DNA of 64,000 nucleotides from Candidatus Omnitrophota bacterium (GTDB lineage Bacteria; Omnitrophota; Gorgyraeia; JAHJTE01): NCBI GenBank assembly GCA_040753675.1, contig JBFMEB010000001.1, positions 32,498 to 96,497 of the forward strand, read 5' to 3'. Shown piece by piece: positions 59,381 to 64,000 of this stretch (position 1 is its first letter; each line of letters starts with the position of its first letter). The notes under the pieces were generated by a model. It saw only the letters and a program-made list of their open reading frames with translations, ran no database searches and was not told where the DNA came from. The position numbers and the translations under genes were made by a program.

Positions 59381-60814
59381 TTAACATTTTTTAGTTGATA
59401 AATAACTTATAAAATTCCATGCTCCTCTAATCTTTCTATATAGATCAGAAGAGGAACGTGTATTGAAAAGGAATCTAAGCATATAGGATGGCCTAAAGTA
59501 GAATTTTTTAAGCCCCAAATCTACGTAATAGTTAATCTTCTCTTGAGAAATCCCTGGGTAGGAAACAACCCCTTTTTGTTCTCCTTCGCCTAACCAACAA
59601 CTCCAATCCTTGGATAAAAGCCAGCCATTACTTTCAGCTAGTTCGAAAAATTCTGTCCCAGGAAAAGGGACTGCACCAGCAAACTGTATAGTTTCGCAGT
59701 TTAGAGAAAGCGCAAAATCAATAGTTTCTCTTGCTGTCTCTTCATTCTCACCTGGTAAGCCAATAACAAAGCAGCCATGAACCTGAAGACCGCATCTCTT
59801 TGCCAAATCCATAAATTTTCGAGATTCCTCTATAGAGATATTCTTGTTTACATTATCTAAAATTTTCTGAACCCCTGACTCAAATCCTACTAAAAGTTCA
59901 CGACATCCCGCTTTCTTCATTATTTTAAACATTTCATAATCCGGGCTGTCAACCCTGGCGTTAAGAGAAAAGGTAATCTTTAGTTTCCTTTTAAGAATCT
60001 CCTCACAGATTAAAATCGCCCTTTCTTTATTAACTGTAAATGTATCATCTTCAAAGAAGAATTCACCCTTAAGTATCTGGGGCAAGAGCCTTATATCGTA
60101 CTCTATTTCATCAACGACATTCTTAGGGCTTCTAAATCTATATTTTAATCCATGCATTACCTGAGGCCAAAGGCAAAATGAACATCTATTGGGACAGCCT
60201 CTTCCAGAAATAATATCAATATAAGGATAAAGCTTACCTCCATCAAAATACTTAAGTAAATCCAAATGTTGCCATGCGGGGAAAGGAAGCTCATCTAAAT
60301 TTTCTATCAATGTCCTGGATAGGCTCTTCTTTACTTGTCCATTTTCTAAATAGGCTATCCCTTTAACTTCCTTAAGATTTGTCCAGTTCTTAACTATTTC
60401 TGATACAGTATAATCATACTCTCCAATACAGGCTACATCTATGCTCCTCCCTGCCTCTCTCAAGGTTTCTTCAGGTAAAGCAGAGATGTGGGGGCCAACC
60501 ATTATCACTTTTGCTGTAGTTGTCTCTTTGATAATTTTAGCACATTCAATATCTGAGTAAATTGAAGGCGTGGTAGAATCTAAGACTACAAAATCTGGAT
60601 TCTCTTCTATTAATATCGGCCTCAAATCATTTTTGGTTTTCCCCTCAGCAATTAAATCTCTCAGTTTAACTTGAAAGCCGTCCTTTTCCAAAACAGCGGT
60701 TAGATAGGCTAACCAATCTGGAGCTCGTAAGACCCGACCTCGTGTTCTAGCTGGCCACCTCTGTGTGCGGCAAAAATTGGGAACATATGGTTCATTTAGT
60801 ACTAAAATCTTCAT
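59381..60814 (-). CDS. B12-binding domain radical SAM protein
   Basis: N-terminal B12-binding region; CPNRCSFC radical SAM motif. Confidence 0.7.
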   Translation of the reverse strand: MKILVLNEPYVPNFCRTQRWPARTRGRVLRAPDWLAYLTAVLEKDGFQVKLRDLIAEGKTKNDLRPILIEENPDFVVLDSTTPSIYSDIECAKIIKETTTAKVIMVGPHISALPEETLREAGRSIDVACIGEYDYTVSEIVKNWTNLKEVKGIAYLENGQVKKSLSRTLIENLDELPFPAWQHLDLLKYFDGGKLYPYIDIISGRGCPNRCSFCLWPQVMHGLKYRFRSPKNVVDEIEYDIRLLPQILKGEFFFEDDTFTVNKERAILICEEILKRKLKITFSLNARVDSPDYEMFKIMKKAGCRELLVGFESGVQKILDNVNKNISIEESRKFMDLAKRCGLQVHGCFVIGLPGENEETARETIDFALSLNCETIQFAGAVPFPGTEFFELAESNGWLLSKDWSCWLGEGEQKGVVSYPGISQEKINYYVDLGLKKFYFRPSYMLRFLFNTRSSSDLYRKIRGAWNFISYLSTKKC

Positions 60815-60821
60815 ATTAAGA

Positions 60822-62147
60822 TTAATATTCTAAGAAAATAATTGGAATTAGGTCTGATTTTGTAAATACAGCATCGAGGCCCAAGGTAGCTGCCCAAAAA
60901 AAGCACAGTGCTAAAAAAAACAAAAGTAAGATTCTGATAAGTCTGCCACGATTAATAAATTGTAAAAAAAACTTTGCACTTAAGATTGATAGCGCTGGCA
61001 TGGCTATTAAAAGATATCTTTCTTCTCTATCTTGCCTTAAAGTTAAGATAAATATAACCAATAAAAACCACATACTTAGAAAAGTTAATTCCCTAATTTT
61101 CTCTGAATCTATTTTTTTAATTATTGCTCTTAAAACTCCCAAATAGCCAAATATAAAAATTGGCATCTGGTAAATTAAAGAAACGAAATATATATACCAG
61201 GGGCGGTTGTAAACTAAGCTCAAAAAACCGACTGGCAGGCTCTTAACCTTATTAGTTATAGGTTCAAATCCCCAATATAAAACTTTTAAGCCTCCTTGGT
61301 TCTTAAGGAACAAGTACAGCCAAGGCATGCTAGTTAAAATAACAGAAATGAGAAATACAATTAGCCTTTTATCAAAAATAATTTTATATTTTTTTTCTTT
61401 AGGTCTTGCCTCTATAAAATGAAGAACGATAACCACTAAAATAAATATTACGCCGCTCATCTTGGACATAATCGAAAGGCCGCTAAGCACACCCGCCAAT
61501 AAAGAATAAATTAGCTTATATTTTCGTATTGAAAGTTCGTAGGAAATAATACTTAAGAGTCCAAAAAGCGACACCAAATCATCAGCCCAAATCTTATGGG
61601 CCGTAAGTAAATCAGTCGGATTAAATATTATCAAAAGACTGGCTAATATACCTAACCTAAAGGAAAACAACATACTACCCAAGACAAAAGTAAATAAGGC
61701 TAACAGCAGGCTGCTCGTAAAAGGTATGATGCAGGCGTAAAATTGGTTTTTGGCTTCTAAGGCATTAACTGTTCGTTTAGCAAGCGCGTAAGGAATATCT
61801 GATTTAAATAAATTATGAGAAATAGCAAGTAAGATACTAAGTAAGGGGGGGTGATGAGAAAATTTACTCGCCTCTGCTCCTTGAAAATCTCGAATCAGCG
61901 AAGCTTTTTCTTCTTTACTTAAAGATATAGATAAAAAACCATTATATTTTTCTTCCTCTATATCTATATAAAAAAGATTATAATGCCCTTGAAAAGTAGT
62001 TAGACCATAAGACTGAATCTTTTTGGCTAAGCTTACATAAATTAATTCATCATTATTAGTATGGCTTAGAGTAAAGGTATGAATTCTTAAGAGTGAGAAA
62101 ATGAGAATTAATGCTAGGCAAGATAAAATCTTATATTTGCGAGACAT
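60822..62147 (-). CDS. GT-C fold membrane glycosyltransferase (PMT/ArnT-like)
   Basis: About 12 TM helices; NNDELIYVSL acidic first-loop motif. Confidence 0.5.
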   Translation of the reverse strand: MSRKYKILSCLALILIFSLLRIHTFTLSHTNNDELIYVSLAKKIQSYGLTTFQGHYNLFYIDIEEEKYNGFLSISLSKEEKASLIRDFQGAEASKFSHHPPLLSILLAISHNLFKSDIPYALAKRTVNALEAKNQFYACIIPFTSSLLLALFTFVLGSMLFSFRLGILASLLIIFNPTDLLTAHKIWADDLVSLFGLLSIISYELSIRKYKLIYSLLAGVLSGLSIMSKMSGVIFILVVIVLHFIEARPKEKKYKIIFDKRLIVFLISVILTSMPWLYLFLKNQGGLKVLYWGFEPITNKVKSLPVGFLSLVYNRPWYIYFVSLIYQMPIFIFGYLGVLRAIIKKIDSEKIRELTFLSMWFLLVIFILTLRQDREERYLLIAMPALSILSAKFFLQFINRGRLIRILLLFFLALCFFWAATLGLDAVFTKSDLIPIIFLEY

Positions 62148-63283
62148 TATTTCTTTCTAATGGTCAATAGGCTTAAGAAGAATGAAGAGAATATGACTTG
62201 TACTCCGATAATCATAAAGGTTATGCCGAATAAAGCCAGTCTTTCCTTATCCAATGCGCCGAAATTAACAGCGATCCATTTAATAATAATACGAATATTC
62301 GCTATCAAGCCAATGCTAAAAATTACTATGCCTAACAATATTCCCTTTTCTAAATTAAAGAAGCGTAAGATAAAAAATAAGGTTTTGTCATTTTTTACAA
62401 ATCCTTCAAAAAACGAATAAGTCTTAGCATAAAGACCTAAACTTAATACCTGGAGTCCCAAAATCGCTGCTAATGCACCTACAGTCATCATATGCATATC
62501 GAAACCGTGTCCGGCAATATAAAAAGGTCCCGGTAATAAAACAATTAAAACTATCACTCCCAGAAAGGCTAATATCAATCCAGGGATTAAAAATAGATAA
62601 GTTGGGCTATATAAAAGCATAAAGCGCATATGTCGCCAAGCATCCTTAATAGGATTAAGCTTAGATTTGCCCTTACGCGGCCAATAAGTAATAGGAATTT
62701 CTTTTATATTTAATTTTTCTCGTAAGGCGCTTACGATCATTTCTGAAGCAAATTCCATTCCTGTAGTATGGAGACTTAATCTTTGATATGCCTCTTTAGT
62801 AATTGCGCGCATGCCACAATGTGCGTCTGAAATCTGCGTATGGAAGAACAATCTTAAGATAAAGGAAAGTATTGGGTTACCTATGTAGCGATTAGTCCAA
62901 GGCATAGCACCGGATAGAATTTTACCTTTAAAGCGCGAGCCGATAACAAAATCATAACCATCTTTCAATTCCTTAACAAATTCTGGAATCTGGCTAATAT
63001 CATAGCTATTATCCATATCAGCCATTACCAAATATTTGCCACGTGCTTCTTGAAACCCTCTTAAATAAGCACTCCCATAGCCACGTCTCAGCTCCTTAAC
63101 CACTCTTGCATCAGTTGACTTAGCAATTTCATAGGAATTATCAGTTGAGCCATTGTCAATTACTATTACCTCTCCGGAAACACCCAGATTTTTTAAAACC
63201 GCAAAGGACTTGTCAATGCATTCTTTAACAGTCTCTGCCTCATTAAGACAAGGAAAAATTATTGATATTTCTATCTGATTCAT
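62147..63283 (-). CDS. GT2 polyprenol-phosphate glycosyltransferase (GtrB/ArnC/DPM1-like) with C-terminal TM anchor
   Basis: ISIIFPCLNEAETV...VIVIDNGSTDNS...ADMDNS; 3-4 C-terminal TM helices. Confidence 0.7.
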   Translation of the reverse strand: MNQIEISIIFPCLNEAETVKECIDKSFAVLKNLGVSGEVIVIDNGSTDNSYEIAKSTDARVVKELRRGYGSAYLRGFQEARGKYLVMADMDNSYDISQIPEFVKELKDGYDFVIGSRFKGKILSGAMPWTNRYIGNPILSFILRLFFHTQISDAHCGMRAITKEAYQRLSLHTTGMEFASEMIVSALREKLNIKEIPITYWPRKGKSKLNPIKDAWRHMRFMLLYSPTYLFLIPGLILAFLGVIVLIVLLPGPFYIAGHGFDMHMMTVGALAAILGLQVLSLGLYAKTYSFFEGFVKNDKTLFFILRFFNLEKGILLGIVIFSIGLIANIRIIIKWIAVNFGALDKERLALFGITFMIIGVQVIFSSFFLSLLTIRKK

Positions 63284-63292
63284 TTAATTTCA

Positions 63293-63351
63293 GTTAAAAG
63301 AAAAGGAGCCTCCTCCTTTTTTATTTCCGAAGATCTACTAGAGGAGGCTCC
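63293..63351 (-). terminator. Intrinsic terminator-like hairpin (11-bp GC-rich stem GGAGCCUCCUC/GAGGAGGCUCC, 25-nt loop) followed by UUUUCUUUU
   Basis: Arms at 63305-63315 and 63341-63351 are exact reverse complements. Confidence 0.45.
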
Positions 63352-63364
63352 AAAAAGTTAAATT

Positions 63365-63604
63365 TTATCTTTTTTTCCTCTTTCCGCCACGAACCATCTT
63401 AGCCATGGAGACATCGCCCTGCTTATCAACGAAGTAAAGATAACCTTCTTTCCTTTTTATGCCGACCTTGGCTACCTTTTTGGGGCTGCCTCCTTTTTTC
63501 TTACCCCTAGCCATCTTAGCCATGGAGACATCGCCTTTCTTATCTACGTAATAAAGGTAACCCTTCTGCCTTTTAATACCAACCTTCGCTACTTTAGTTG
63601 CCAT
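63365..63604 (-). CDS. Small highly basic protein made of two tandem ~39-aa repeats (KVAKVGIKRxxGYLYxVDKxGDVSMAKMxRG), function unknown
   Basis: Internal DNA direct repeat ccatcttagccatggagacatcgcc at 63399-63423 and 63513-63537; 79 aa, about 30% Lys/Arg. Confidence 0.5.
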   Translation of the reverse strand: MATKVAKVGIKRQKGYLYYVDKKGDVSMAKMARGKKKGGSPKKVAKVGIKRKEGYLYFVDKQGDVSMAKMVRGGKRKKR

Positions 63605-63633
63605 TGTCCACTCACCCCCTCTCGTTTACAAGT

Positions 63634-64000
63634 TTATGTTCCTATCTTTATCGGATTTAATATCCCTTTTAATGTCGCTAAAGCCGAAAGCATTGCCAAA
63701 TAACTTGTCTTAGGATTAGCCTTGGATGCTAAATTTTCAGTCCGAGTAATGATTCTACCACAGTCAGCATCTACCATAATTTCATGTATATTCGCTTTTA
63801 TATGTGGACTTGCAAATATTTTAACTTTTGTTTTTGCTGGGCCAATTGTTGCCAAAGACAGAGTTGCCGCCACGTTGATATTTTGAGGAAAATTATCCAC
63901 TGCGTCCATAGCATTTCCTCTAAATAATAATTTGTCATTGCATATCTTAGATAAATCAATTCTATTTTTTTTAATGTAAGGAGCAGAAGCTAGGCTCTTG
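63634..64000 (-). CDS. Aspartate dehydrogenase-like (DUF108) protein, C-terminal part; gene continues beyond window end
   Basis: The reading frame is open through position 64000: ...LLFRGNAMDAVDNFPQNINVAATLSLA...NPKTSYLAMLSALATLKG resembles the NadX C-terminal domain. Confidence 0.45.
   Translation of the reverse strand, partial: KSLASAPYIKKNRIDLSKICNDKLLFRGNAMDAVDNFPQNINVAATLSLATIGPAKTKVKIFASPHIKANIHEIMVDADCGRIITRTENLASKANPKTSYLAMLSALATLKGILNPIKIGT

Overview
This 64-kb window is AT-rich and every confident gene lies on the minus strand. It appears to come from an uncultivated low-GC bacterium; an Omnitrophota-like origin is only a guess. Five blocks can be read from the sequence. (1) Housekeeping genes at 1-6200: hisC (partial), pheA, scpB, ruvA, ruvC, yebC, a type-A RNase P RNA, rnhA, a DUF164 zinc-ribbon gene, then tRNA-Val and tRNA-Met separated by a 23-nt duplicate of the tRNA-Met 3' end. 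(2) At 6261-17303: a polytopic membrane protein, three tandem pilin-like paralogs with identical N-termini (the third frameshifted), rpoD, dnaG, a Nif3-like gene, cvpA, an MtaB-like methylthiotransferase, rsmE, a TMTC-like GT-C+TPR protein and tRNA-Ala(CGC). (3) A complete type IV pilus or T2SS-like locus at 17385-30537 with at least nine prepilin-like genes, pilC, pilB, pilQ, pilP-like, pilO-like and a PilM-PilN fusion. It is accompanied by three regulatory-looking repeat arrays and a 60-aa excisionase-family HTH gene. (4) An upstream module at 31080-36184: PilX-like, a small wHTH protein, a zinc-ribbon membrane protein, TonB-like, exbD, exbB and an 828-aa TPR protein. uvrA follows. (5) A 24-kb minus-strand glycan-biosynthesis island at 39135-63283. 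It combines heptose activation (HddA kinase, HddC-like nucleotidyltransferase), a 4,6-dehydratase-like enzyme, an RmlC-like cupin, three SDR epimerase/reductases and a split transketolase. It also has three SAM methyltransferases, three B12-binding radical SAM enzymes (one fused to a GT2), GT2/GT4 glycosyltransferases, a Wzx-like flippase and two PMT/ArnT-like GT-C enzymes with a GtrB-like partner. The window ends with a small, very basic tandem-repeat protein and a partial aspartate-dehydrogenase-like gene. The most likely novel content is this unusual glycan island, which may be linked to pilin or protein O-glycosylation, and the regulatory architecture of the pilus locus.
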